DNA of 31,841 bases from Candidatus Limnocylindria bacterium. GTDB taxonomy: Bacteria > Chloroflexota > Limnocylindria > P2-11E. The position numbers and the translations under genes are program-made. The notes below the pieces were generated by a model. That model did not search any database. It saw only the letters and a program-made list of their open reading frames with translations, and was not told the origin of the DNA. The first letter of the stretch is position 1; each line of letters opens with the position of its first letter. Positions 15,980 to 24,137 of this stretch are shown here, in pieces. Location of the stretch: assembly GCA_036564585.1 (NCBI GenBank), contig DATCOR010000308.1, positions 1-31,841 on the forward strand. The letters run 5' to 3'.

Positions 15980-17140
15980 ACGCGCCGCATCGGGATCCTC
16001 ACCGGCGGCGGTGACGTTCCGGGTCTGAACTCGGTCATCAAGAGCGTGGTGTATCGCTCGACCGAGCTCGGCTTCGCGGTGCTCGGGATCCGTCGCGGCT
16101 GGCTGGGGCTCACGAACCTTGCGCCCGGTTCCGACCTCGATCGCGAGCACGTCCTGCCGCTCGACCTCACGAACACACGGACCATTGACCGCACCGGCGG
16201 GACGATGCTGCACACGTCGCGCACGAACCCGGCCCGGATGAAACGCGATGGTCTGCCGCCGCACCTGGCCGCCGGCGCGGCACGCTACCTGACGGCCGAT
16301 GGCGTCTACGACCTCACGCCCGTGGTGTTGGAGAACATCGCGCGGCTCGGCCTCGATCACCTGGTCGTGATCGGCGGAGACGACACGCTCGGCTACGCGC
16401 ACGGCATCGCCGCGCGCGGCATCTCGCTCGTGGCGATCCCGAAGACGATGGACAACGACGTGCGCGACACCGAGTACTGCATCGGCTTCTCGACCGCGGT
16501 CACCCGGGCAAAGGAGCTCATCAACCGACAGCGGACGACGCTCGGGTCGCACGAGCGCATCGGTGTATTCCGCATCTTCGGTCGCGATTCCGGCTTCAGC
16601 GCCCTCCACATCGCGTATGTCACCTCGGCGCGCTGCCTGATCCCCGAAGCGCCGTTCGATCTCGAGCGGGTCGTCTCGCTCCTCGTCGCGGACAAACGCG
16701 CCAATCCGAGCCGCTACGCGTTCGTCATCGTCGCGGAGGGTGCCACGTGGATCGGCGCGAAGGTCGGCGAGCTGGGCGAGCCGGATGGGTTCGGTCATCG
16801 GCGAAAGGTCGACATCGGCGACGCGCTGGCCGAGGAGATCCGCCGCCGCAGCGGGGAGGATGCGATCGTCAGTCAGCTGACGTACGACCTGCGGAGCGGC
16901 GACCCGGACTCCTTCGACCAGATGGTCGCGACCACGTTCGCGAACATCGCCGTCGACCTCATCGCCGACGGTGCCTCCGGCCGCATGATCGCGATCCGCG
17001 GCGGCCGCTACACCCATGTCGCGGTGCCGGACCCCAGCCTCGGTCCGCGAACCGTGGACGTCGCTCGCTACTACAACACCGAGCGATTCCGCCCGCGCTA
17101 CGACGGTCGCGACGGCTTCTCGGTGATGCTCTCCGACTGA
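15980..17140 (+). CDS. pfkA: 6-phosphofructokinase, PPi-type signature; apparent ACG start
   Basis: The ORF track starts at 16046, but the conserved RRIGILTGGGDVPGLN lies upstream in frame, starting at ACG 15980 with SD GAGGT 7 nt before. GGDDT and PKTMDND motifs are present. Confidence 0.85.
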   Translation, partial: TRRIGILTGGGDVPGLNSVIKSVVYRSTELGFAVLGIRRGWLGLTNLAPGSDLDREHVLPLDLTNTRTIDRTGGTMLHTSRTNPARMKRDGLPPHLAAGAARYLTADGVYDLTPVVLENIARLGLDHLVVIGGDDTLGYAHGIAARGISLVAIPKTMDNDVRDTEYCIGFSTAVTRAKELINRQRTTLGSHERIGVFRIFGRDSGFSALHIAYVTSARCLIPEAPFDLERVVSLLVADKRANPSRYAFVIVAEGATWIGAKVGELGEPDGFGHRRKVDIGDALAEEIRRRSGEDAIVSQLTYDLRSGDPDSFDQMVATTFANIAVDLIADGASGRMIAIRGGRYTHVAVPDPSLGPRTVDVARYYNTERFRPRYDGRDGFSVMLSD

Positions 17141-17144
17141 CTCC

Positions 17145-17525
17145 TCAGCGCGGCGTGGGCGCGCGTCGTGCCGCGGCGCCGAGCTTGCACCACTCCTTGA
17201 CCATCGAGCGCAGCTCCGGCGCTCGCGCGCTCGCCTGCCGCACGTCGGCGATCCGCATCCGCTTCGCGACCGTCCCTTCGAGGTGCGGATAGCGTCCGCG
17301 CAGCCGTCCGCCACGGTGGAGTCGGAGATTCACGCCGGGCTCGCTGTACCGGACGAACGCGCCGAAGTCGCCGCTCTTCGTCGACGAAAAGGTGATGCCG
17401 TACTGCACGCGCTCGCGCATGCTCGGATCGGCGCCGAGGATGATCTCCCGCACCCGACGGAGCGCGGCCTCGGAGGGCGGCTTCGTCCGCGCGAACCACG
17501 CCTCGACCGCAGCTGACCTCGGCAC
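17145..17525 (-). CDS. DUF1801 (YdhG-like) protein
   Basis: LRRVREIILGADP...ERVQYG..F, VNLRLHRG.RL...PHLEG; GATAAT 6 nt before the GTG. Confidence 0.75.
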   Translation of the reverse strand: MPRSAAVEAWFARTKPPSEAALRRVREIILGADPSMRERVQYGITFSSTKSGDFGAFVRYSEPGVNLRLHRGGRLRGRYPHLEGTVAKRMRIADVRQASARAPELRSMVKEWCKLGAAARRAPTPR

Positions 17526-17572
17526 TCACCGATTATCGGACGACCCCAGGAAGATCGCGACGGTAGGCTCGC

Positions 17573-18823
17573 GTGATCGTGTCAGCTTCGTTGTGGCATC
17601 ACGCCGACTTCCTGAAGCTCTGGGCGGGCCAGACGGTCTCGGAGCTCGGGTCGACCGTGACCCGGACCGCGTTGCGCCTCGTGGCCCTGCTCACGCTCGG
17701 CGCGGGCGTCGCCGAGATGGCGTACCTCGTGGTCGCGGCATCGTCCGGCGTCCTGCTCGTCGGTCTCGTGGCCGGCGCGTGGGTCGATCGGCTGCCGCGA
17801 CGGCCGGTGCTCATCTGGACCGACGTGATCCGCGCCGGACTGCTCTTCTCCATCCCCGCGGCCGCGGCTGCGGGCACGCTTCGCATCGAGCAGCTCTACA
17901 TCGTCTCGTTCCTCGAGGCGTGCCTCGGCACGCTGTTCGACTCCGCGTACCACTCATACCTGCCCTCGCTCGTCGGGGTCGACCGGCTGCTCGAGGGCAA
18001 CGCGAAGCTCTCGCTGAGCTCCTCGGTCGCGGAGGTCGGCGGACCCGGTCTGGCGGGCGCCATCGTCCAGGTCGCGAGCGCGCCGTTCGCGATCCTCGTC
18101 GACGCTGTTTCGTTCGTCGTCTCGGCGGTCTCGCTCATCGCGATCCGCGCCCAGGAGACGCCGCGCCCGCGCGAGCTGCGCCAAGCCCTCGGCCGCGAGA
18201 TCGGGGAAGGGGTGCGCTTCGTCCAGCGGCACGCGCTCGTCTTCCCGATCGCGGCGAGCTCCGTGACGGAGCACTTCTTCGGCTCGTTCTTCGGCGCGCT
18301 CTACAGCCTCTACCTGCTCCAGGAGCTCAAGCTGACGCCGCTGCTCCTGGGCATCGTGATCTCGGCCGGCGGCCTGGGCTCGCTCGTCGGCGCCGCGTTC
18401 GCCGGACGGATGGTGCGGCGGTTCGGTCTGGGACGGTCGATCCTCGTGATGGCGCTGGCGAGCTCGGCGATCGGCGTGCTCACGCCGCTCGCGTCAGGCC
18501 CGTTGTTCGTCGCGACGCTCATGGTGTTCCTGCCCCAGCTCATCGGCGACGGTACGAATGAGATCCAGTGGATCGCGCAGGACACGGTCGTGCAGAGCGC
18601 GGTCCCCGATCGGGTGCTCGGCCGGGTGAACGCGACGCTCGACGTCCTCTCGCACGGTGCCGCGCCGTTCGGCGCGCTCGTCGCCGCCGCGATCGCCGAG
18701 AGCTTCGGTGTGCGGACGGCCATCGGGGTCGCCTGGCTCGGCACGTTCGCGTCGGTGCTGTTCATCGTGTTCTCGCCGCTGCCGCGTCTCCGGTCGGTCG
18801 ACGAGATCAAGGCGGTCGCGTAG
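17573..18823 (+). CDS. MFS transporter (DHA3/macrolide-efflux-like)
   Basis: FLKLWAGQTVSELGS, GAWVDRLPRRPVLI, RLLEGNAKL, VPDRVLGRVNA; about 12 TM segments. The true start may be GTG 17579. Confidence 0.9.
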   Translation: MIVSASLWHHADFLKLWAGQTVSELGSTVTRTALRLVALLTLGAGVAEMAYLVVAASSGVLLVGLVAGAWVDRLPRRPVLIWTDVIRAGLLFSIPAAAAAGTLRIEQLYIVSFLEACLGTLFDSAYHSYLPSLVGVDRLLEGNAKLSLSSSVAEVGGPGLAGAIVQVASAPFAILVDAVSFVVSAVSLIAIRAQETPRPRELRQALGREIGEGVRFVQRHALVFPIAASSVTEHFFGSFFGALYSLYLLQELKLTPLLLGIVISAGGLGSLVGAAFAGRMVRRFGLGRSILVMALASSAIGVLTPLASGPLFVATLMVFLPQLIGDGTNEIQWIAQDTVVQSAVPDRVLGRVNATLDVLSHGAAPFGALVAAAIAESFGVRTAIGVAWLGTFASVLFIVFSPLPRLRSVDEIKAVA

Positions 18824-18824
18824 C

Positions 18825-19760
18825 TCAGCCCGTGCGGTGACCCTCGCCCCGCCGCCGAGGCTTGGCGACTGCCTCGTTCTTGCGCTTTGCCGCCTCGACG
18901 CTCGCCTTCAGCGTCGCCATCAGATCGTCGACGGTCGCGCTCGAGACCGCCGTCTCACCGTCCTCGCCGCGCGGCCGCGCGCGCTTTGACCCGAGCAGCT
19001 CGAGCAGCTCCTCGCGGTACTGGTCGGCATGTTTGTCGGGGACCCATTCGGCCGCCAGGGCCTTGATGAGCTGCTCCGCCATGTTCAGCTCGCGATCGGA
19101 CAGCGCGACCGCCGGCAGGCGGGCGACGTCCTCGGCCTTGCGGACCTCGTCGCCGAAGTACAGCGTCTCCAGCCCGAGCACGTGTTCCAGCGGACGGATC
19201 GCAACGAGGTGCGGCTTCGTCCGGAGCACGAATCGCCCGATGCCGACCATCCCGCTGGCCTGCATTGCCCGAAGGAGCAGCAGGTACGACTTGTCGCCAG
19301 CGCGGTCTCGCGTTGGCGCGACGAAGTAGCTCTTCTCGAAGAAGACCGGATCGATCTCAGCGAGGTCGACGAACTCCTCGATCTCGATCGTGCGGCTGCG
19401 CTCCGGAGCCAAGGCCTCGAGCTCGTCCTCGCTGATCGGCACCACGTCCCGGTTCGGCAGCTCGTAGCCACGGATGACGTCGGCGGTGTCGACCGGCGCG
19501 GGCAACGGCTCTGCGGGCGAGGAGTGCGGGAACGGACGGACCGGCTCGTTCGCGGACTCCTCTGGAGTCTCGACCTGATCTTCAGGAATGAAGGCGGGCG
19601 GTTCGTAGTCATGCGTGACGCGCTCGTAGCGGATGCGCTTGCCGCTCTGACGGTCGTATAGGTGGAAGCGCACGTCCTTGGGCTCGGTCGCGGGGTAGAG
19701 GCGCACGGGAATGCTCACCAGTCCGAAGCTGATGCTGCCCGTCCATACCGCTTGGCTCAT
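18825..19760 (-). CDS. ku: Non-homologous end joining protein Ku
   Basis: Start reassigned to ATG 19760 (SD GAGGTG): VWTGSISFGLVSIPVRLY, IEIEEFVD, IDPVFFEKSYF, Y.LLLRAM, DQYREEL, DLMATLKASV. Confidence 0.93.
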   Translation of the reverse strand: MSQAVWTGSISFGLVSIPVRLYPATEPKDVRFHLYDRQSGKRIRYERVTHDYEPPAFIPEDQVETPEESANEPVRPFPHSSPAEPLPAPVDTADVIRGYELPNRDVVPISEDELEALAPERSRTIEIEEFVDLAEIDPVFFEKSYFVAPTRDRAGDKSYLLLLRAMQASGMVGIGRFVLRTKPHLVAIRPLEHVLGLETLYFGDEVRKAEDVARLPAVALSDRELNMAEQLIKALAAEWVPDKHADQYREELLELLGSKRARPRGEDGETAVSSATVDDLMATLKASVEAAKRKNEAVAKPRRRGEGHRTG

Positions 19761-19910
19761 CTCGCACCTCGCACCGAGTCGGCGGGGCATACGCGCCGTC
19801 TCCAAGTCGCGCCAGCCCGGCTCGGTTGGGAACTCGGTTTCAGAAATTCGCACGCGGAACCGAACCTAGTGATCGAGCTCAAGCCGACGCCTTTCATTTG
19901 CTCTCGTAGT

Positions 19911-19939
19911 TTGACGCATCTTAGACAGAGGGCGATGCT
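19911..19939 (+). promoter_or_regulatory. Candidate sigma70 promoter TTGACG-N17-GATGCT
   Basis: Canonical 17-nt spacer upstream of the GAF-like gene. Confidence 0.45.
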
Positions 19940-19995
19940 GTTCGTACGAGCGCGGTGAGCGCCGCGCGTCAGTCAAGGCAGCGTGCGAGGTGAGA

Positions 19996-21042
19996 ATGCC
20001 ATCGAAATCGTTCCGGGTGGCTGCCGACCGCATCGTCCGACAGGAATCAGCGTCACGGACCGACGTGCTCCGCCGATTCGGATCGCCTACCGAGCCGCGG
20101 CGTGCGATCGCGAGCGAGGACGACGAGTGGGATGCGCGCCTTGGCGCCCTCCGGGTGATCGGCGAGTACGACGCGCTAGCCGTGGTCGGGTTGGAGCCGG
20201 CGCGAATGACGCATGCACACAACGTCTCGGACCGGGCGGCGCTCGAAGACGCGGTTACGGAGGCACGCGCGGAGGCGACGCGACAGGGCATGGCTGTTCA
20301 GCTGCGCGCCCCGATCGCGCTCGCGGACGGACGCGTGTCCACCGAGGTCATGGTGGTGCCACTCAGCGGCATTGAAGGGGTCAAGGGCGCCGTGCTCGCG
20401 TTGCGCGCGGGCCGAGGCTTCAACGCCGCAGACGCCGCGCGTGCCGCGAGCATCGCGACAGTGCTGGCATTGGAGGTGACGCGCGCCGCCGTGGCGATAC
20501 GGGACACCCGGACGCGCCAGCAGGCGCTGGCGCTGTTCGAGCTCGCGCGGATCGGGCTTGCCGAACAGGATCCTGCCGAGCGCTTCCTGGTCATGGTCGA
20601 GATCGTCGCGAAGTCCTTCCGTCACGACGTCGTTCAGCTTTGGCTGTTGCGAGGCAGTGGATCGCTTCGCCTGCGAGCGGCCCATCCGCGCGAGTCCCTG
20701 GTCCTCGAGATCGCGCGGCCGCGTGATCACGCGCCGCTCGCGCGAGCGCTCGACGGTGAGGTGTTCCGGCTCACTGGGCCGTCCCTTCGCTCCTGGATCA
20801 GGCGCACGACGCATGAGCTGATCATCGCTCCACTGCCGAGCGGCGATGGTGTGTCCGGCCTGCTCGCCTTTGGACGCTGGAGCGAAGGCTATGGCGGCGA
20901 GGATGTCGAACTGGCCACACACTGCGCGGACTTTTTCGCGCAGATGGTCGCGCGGGACCGGTTCGCTCGAAGCAACCACGGGGCTATCCCGCGCGAGGAC
21001 GTGGCGGTCGATGAAACCGAGGGAAGCCTGACCGGAAGTTGA
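19996..21042 (+). CDS. Protein with two GAF-like segments and no recognisable output domain
   Basis: SD GAGGTGA before ATG 19996; VPL..GxxxGAVLALR...F...D and APL..GDGVSGLLAFGR..Y..ED patterns are GAF-like. Confidence 0.6.
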   Translation: MPSKSFRVAADRIVRQESASRTDVLRRFGSPTEPRRAIASEDDEWDARLGALRVIGEYDALAVVGLEPARMTHAHNVSDRAALEDAVTEARAEATRQGMAVQLRAPIALADGRVSTEVMVVPLSGIEGVKGAVLALRAGRGFNAADAARAASIATVLALEVTRAAVAIRDTRTRQQALALFELARIGLAEQDPAERFLVMVEIVAKSFRHDVVQLWLLRGSGSLRLRAAHPRESLVLEIARPRDHAPLARALDGEVFRLTGPSLRSWIRRTTHELIIAPLPSGDGVSGLLAFGRWSEGYGGEDVELATHCADFFAQMVARDRFARSNHGAIPREDVAVDETEGSLTGS

Positions 21043-21199
21043 TGGGCGTAGACGCCCGCGGCGCCCGGATACGCTGCCCGGTCGCGCGGTCTGGGCGGTT
21101 CCGGCGTCGGGGAGCGCGTGGACCGTGGGTCTCGACTGACGGAATCGCGGATGGCCGCAACGGAGGCGCCCCTTGGCCGAGCCCGCTCGGCGGCCCGAA

Positions 21200-21850
21200 A
21201 TGAGTCGAGTCCTCGACGGCCTGACGGTCTTCGTCGCATTTGGCGCCGTGGTGATTGCCCTGGCGATGGTCGCCAGCGTCGTCGTCGGCACAGCCGGGCT
21301 ACGCGGTGACCGCGCCGGTGCCGCGCCGACTGCCCAAGCGTCCAGACGGACGGCACCGCCGTCAGGGTCGGTGACGCCGGCATCCGTGCCGAGCCTGCCG
21401 CCGTCGCCGACCGCGAACCCGACCGAGTCATCGCCGATCGTCGCCGCGTCTTACCGTTCCGGTGGGCACACCTACGCCGGGCTCGAGGTCCGCACCGGGA
21501 CCGTCGTCACGGCCGCGTTCGATGGGCTCGTCGAGATCAGGATGTATCAGCTCATCGACGGAAACGTGCGCATCGGGTCGAACGTTCCTTCGCTGCCGTT
21601 CTATCCCTACATCACGGTCGTGTCGGCCGATCGTCGGATGACCTATCGGCCCGGTGCGCTCGGTTCCGATGTCGAGGTGCTGGCGGAAGACGGCCAGCAC
21701 ATCTCGATCGGCGGCCCACTGTTTCGTCAGGTCGGCGCCGGGCGCTCCTCGTGGGCCGCCTTCTACGACCCAGGCAGCCCGTTCCAGGTGGTGGTGTCGG
21801 TCCAGGCCGTCCCGAGCGGGCTCGATGTCGACCCGCTCAGCCTCTTCTAG
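21200..21850 (+). CDS. Membrane-anchored protein, Pro/Ser/Thr linker plus degenerate M23/LytM-like domain
   Basis: N-terminal TM segment, low-complexity linker, GTVVTAAFDGLV and V.AEDGQ.I..G patterns. The domain call is tentative. Confidence 0.6.
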   Translation: MSRVLDGLTVFVAFGAVVIALAMVASVVVGTAGLRGDRAGAAPTAQASRRTAPPSGSVTPASVPSLPPSPTANPTESSPIVAASYRSGGHTYAGLEVRTGTVVTAAFDGLVEIRMYQLIDGNVRIGSNVPSLPFYPYITVVSADRRMTYRPGALGSDVEVLAEDGQHISIGGPLFRQVGAGRSSWAAFYDPGSPFQVVVSVQAVPSGLDVDPLSLF

Positions 21851-21959
21851 GAAACGTTGATGCGATCGCGCGCACACACACCGACGAAGCGTGGCGAATC
21901 TAGAGCTCGGAACATGAACGACTCAAGCCCTCGCGGCGGCGCGCGTGCGATAGTGAGGC

Positions 21960-22634
21960 GTGCCTGTCCGTACCGTCGTCGAACGCGGACCCAAGAACAA
22001 GCGGTCCGTGGCGTTCAGCATTGACTGGCCAGGATGGAGCCGCGGCGCGAAGACCGCCGAGCTCGCCCTGGAAACCCTCGAGGCCTATCGGGACCGGTAT
22101 CGGCCCATCGCGGCCCTTGCGAAGATGTCGGAGGAGTTCGACGACGCCGGTCGCCTGAAGGTCGTGGAGGACAAGGTCGGCACCGGGTCGGTCGACTTCT
22201 GGGGCATCTCCTTTTCGCCGTCGGCGCGTGAACAGAAACCGATGCGCGAGGCGGAGCTCGAGCGTGCGATCACGCTCTTGCAGGCATGCTGGAAATACTT
22301 CGATCGTGTCGCGGCTCGCGTCTCCCCGGAGATGCGCAAGGGGCCGCGCGGCGGAGGACGGGACCGCGACCGGATCATCCGCCACACCATCCGCACGGAG
22401 AGCGAAGACTTCGCGAAACAGGTGGGTCTGCGGATCGATGAGGGGGCCGCACTCACGCCTGCCGGGCTGCGACGGCATCGGAAGGCATACGTCGCGGCGA
22501 TGCGCGCGTACAACGTGGGCGAGGTCCCTCGGCGCATGCGGTCATGGACGCTGCCGTTCCTCATCCGACACTCTGCCTTCCACACCCTCGACCATGCATG
22601 GGAGATGGAGGACAAGGACCTCTCCGCGGGATAA
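21960..22634 (+). CDS. Hypothetical protein: HicB-like N-terminus plus DinB-like four-helix C-terminus
   Basis: AFSIDWPGWSRGAKTAELAL; IIRHTI...; FLIRHSAFHTLDHAWEMED with His residues placed like DinB metal ligands. Confidence 0.6.
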   Translation: MPVRTVVERGPKNKRSVAFSIDWPGWSRGAKTAELALETLEAYRDRYRPIAALAKMSEEFDDAGRLKVVEDKVGTGSVDFWGISFSPSAREQKPMREAELERAITLLQACWKYFDRVAARVSPEMRKGPRGGGRDRDRIIRHTIRTESEDFAKQVGLRIDEGAALTPAGLRRHRKAYVAAMRAYNVGEVPRRMRSWTLPFLIRHSAFHTLDHAWEMEDKDLSAG

Positions 22635-22696
22635 CGTCCGGCGTGTTGGCTCGCGGCACCCGTGCTCAGACGGTGCCCAAAAGCCTGATCGACCTG

Positions 22697-23275
22697 TCAG
22701 ACGGGCCTGAGCTGGATCTGCTTCGAGAGCGCGTACGCGGTTGATAGATCGACATCGCTCTCCACGAGCACCCGTCCGAGCACGAGCACCGCGTTGTTCG
22801 GCGAGGAGATCTGCTTCGTCCGTTCCGGCACCGCTCCCTTCCAGTCGGGGCCGGTGATGAGGTAGTCGCCCGCCTGCGTGCCGGTGGTGCGTTTGCCCAC
22901 GTAGGCGAAAACGGCGTTCTTCGACGGATCGGTGAACTGCACGCTGTAGTAGCGATCGTTCATGTCGGGCACGTGCAAGACGAGCGGCCCCCTCCTCAGG
23001 TCTAACCAGCCGGCCGTGACGAGCGTGTCGTGGTTCACGCCCCTAGTCGCCAAGCTTGAGGCCGAGGCGGGCGGGTGAAGGGGATCTGCGAAAAGCGTTT
23101 GAGGCTCGGTCTGGAGCGTATTGAGCGGGATGGGGCCGTCGCCGAACCCTTTAGCGAGGACCGCCCTCTTATACAGGGACAGCAACATGCGCGGCCAAAA
23201 ATAGATGGCGAGGGACCATGCCGCGACCATGACTGAACCGAATACGAGTAAGTGCTCGAACTCGATATCGATCAT
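22697..23275 (-). CDS. DUF1254-domain protein with N-terminal TM anchor
   Basis: NHDTL...WLDLRRGPLVLHVPDMNDRYYSVQFTD, FAYVGKRTTGTQAGDYLITGPDWKG, LVLGRVLV. Confidence 0.85.
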   Translation of the reverse strand: MIDIEFEHLLVFGSVMVAAWSLAIYFWPRMLLSLYKRAVLAKGFGDGPIPLNTLQTEPQTLFADPLHPPASASSLATRGVNHDTLVTAGWLDLRRGPLVLHVPDMNDRYYSVQFTDPSKNAVFAYVGKRTTGTQAGDYLITGPDWKGAVPERTKQISSPNNAVLVLGRVLVESDVDLSTAYALSKQIQLRPV

Positions 23276-23937
23276 CGTTTCACTTCGACGACCGGCGGCA
23301 CCTTGTACGTGCCGTGGAGAATGGCCTCGCCGGGTATGTACACGCGCAGCCAGAGGATGAGCTTGCCCGAAGGCGTGGGCAGCCAGTTGGACTCGTGCCC
23401 CGCCGGAGCGGCGTTCTGGATGAAGATATCGACCGAACCGTCGGGGTTCTGCGCGAGGCCGGAACGATCGCTGACGCTGTACCGATCGATCGGATTCGCC
23501 ACAAAGTGATTCCTCGCATCACCCATCGTGATCGACCAGAAGGCGCTGTTCGGCGGAAGTTGTCCTACTGGAAAGTGCATGACGTAGTCGTGCACTCCGG
23601 AGAGCGCATGGCCCGCGCCATCGGTGTTCGTCCACCAATACATCGCCTCTTGCGGGACGTTCACCGGGCCGGGAAATAACTGAGCGTGCGCCGCTCGCAG
23701 CAGCATGCCGTTGCCGGGCTCACCTAAGCCGAACATGGTGATCCAGCCGTTCACCTTCGTGGCCTTGATCTTCGCGTAGATCTGGGCCGTGACGAACGCC
23801 AGCCCGCCGCCGATGAGGATGCCTTGCACGACGTCGTTACGCACGGTTCTTGTGTGGGGAAAGAAGAACGCATAGATGATGAAGAGGACGCATATCACGC
23901 CGACGACCGTCGCCAGGTAAGTGGATGTCCTGCTCAT
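23272..23937 (-). CDS. DUF1214-domain protein with N-terminal TM segments
   Basis: EAMYW..D..G..LSG...Y..HF..GQLPPNSAFWSIT, NPIDRYSV, NPDGSVDI.IQ, NWLPTP, LWLRVY. Confidence 0.85.
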   Translation of the reverse strand: MSRTSTYLATVVGVICVLFIIYAFFFPHTRTVRNDVVQGILIGGGLAFVTAQIYAKIKATKVNGWITMFGLGEPGNGMLLRAAHAQLFPGPVNVPQEAMYWWTNTDGAGHALSGVHDYVMHFPVGQLPPNSAFWSITMGDARNHFVANPIDRYSVSDRSGLAQNPDGSVDIFIQNAAPAGHESNWLPTPSGKLILWLRVYIPGEAILHGTYKVPPVVEVKR

Positions 23938-23963
23938 ATCACCGTCGTGATGTAGGCGTTCAT
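23934..23963 (-). CDS. Mini-ORF 2 (MNAYITTVI), ATGA-coupled at both ends
   Basis: ATG 23963 overlaps the TGA of mini-ORF 1; its own TGA (23936-23934) overlaps the DUF1214 ATG. Confidence 0.35.
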   Translation of the reverse strand: MNAYITTVI

Positions 23964-24010
23964 GAGAACCTAGGCCCCGGACTATTCGTGGCGCTGGATC
24001 CCGACGGCAC
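23960..24010 (-). CDS. Mini-ORF 1 (16 aa, VPSGSSATNSPGPRFS) with strong SD
   Basis: AAGGAG at 24024-24019, 8 nt before GTG 24010; TGA at 23962-23960. Confidence 0.35.
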   Translation of the reverse strand: MPSGSSATNSPGPRFS

Positions 24011-24061
24011 CGAAGCTACTCCTTGATGCGGAAAAGTGACTTTGCTCGAGAACTCTGACTG

Positions 24062-24134
24062 AGCCGACGGGCAGACTCGAACTGCCGACCGGCGGTTTAC
24101 GAAACCGCTGCTCTACCAACTGAGCTACGTCGGC
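24062..24134 (-). tRNA. tRNA-Thr(CGT)
   Basis: Acceptor stem GCCGACG/CGTCGGC, D-arm GCTC-AGTTGGTA-GAGC, anticodon arm GCGGT-TTCGTAA-ACCGC, T-arm GGCAG-TTCGAGT-CTGCC; CCA not fully encoded. Confidence 0.97.
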
Positions 24135-24137
24135 ACT

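Noticed and set aside
21850-24061. Integrative element inserted at the tRNA-Thr 3' end
   Set aside because: No integrase in the window and no convincing duplicate of the tRNA 3' end by eye (only GACGGGC near 22700); treated as a possible islet only.
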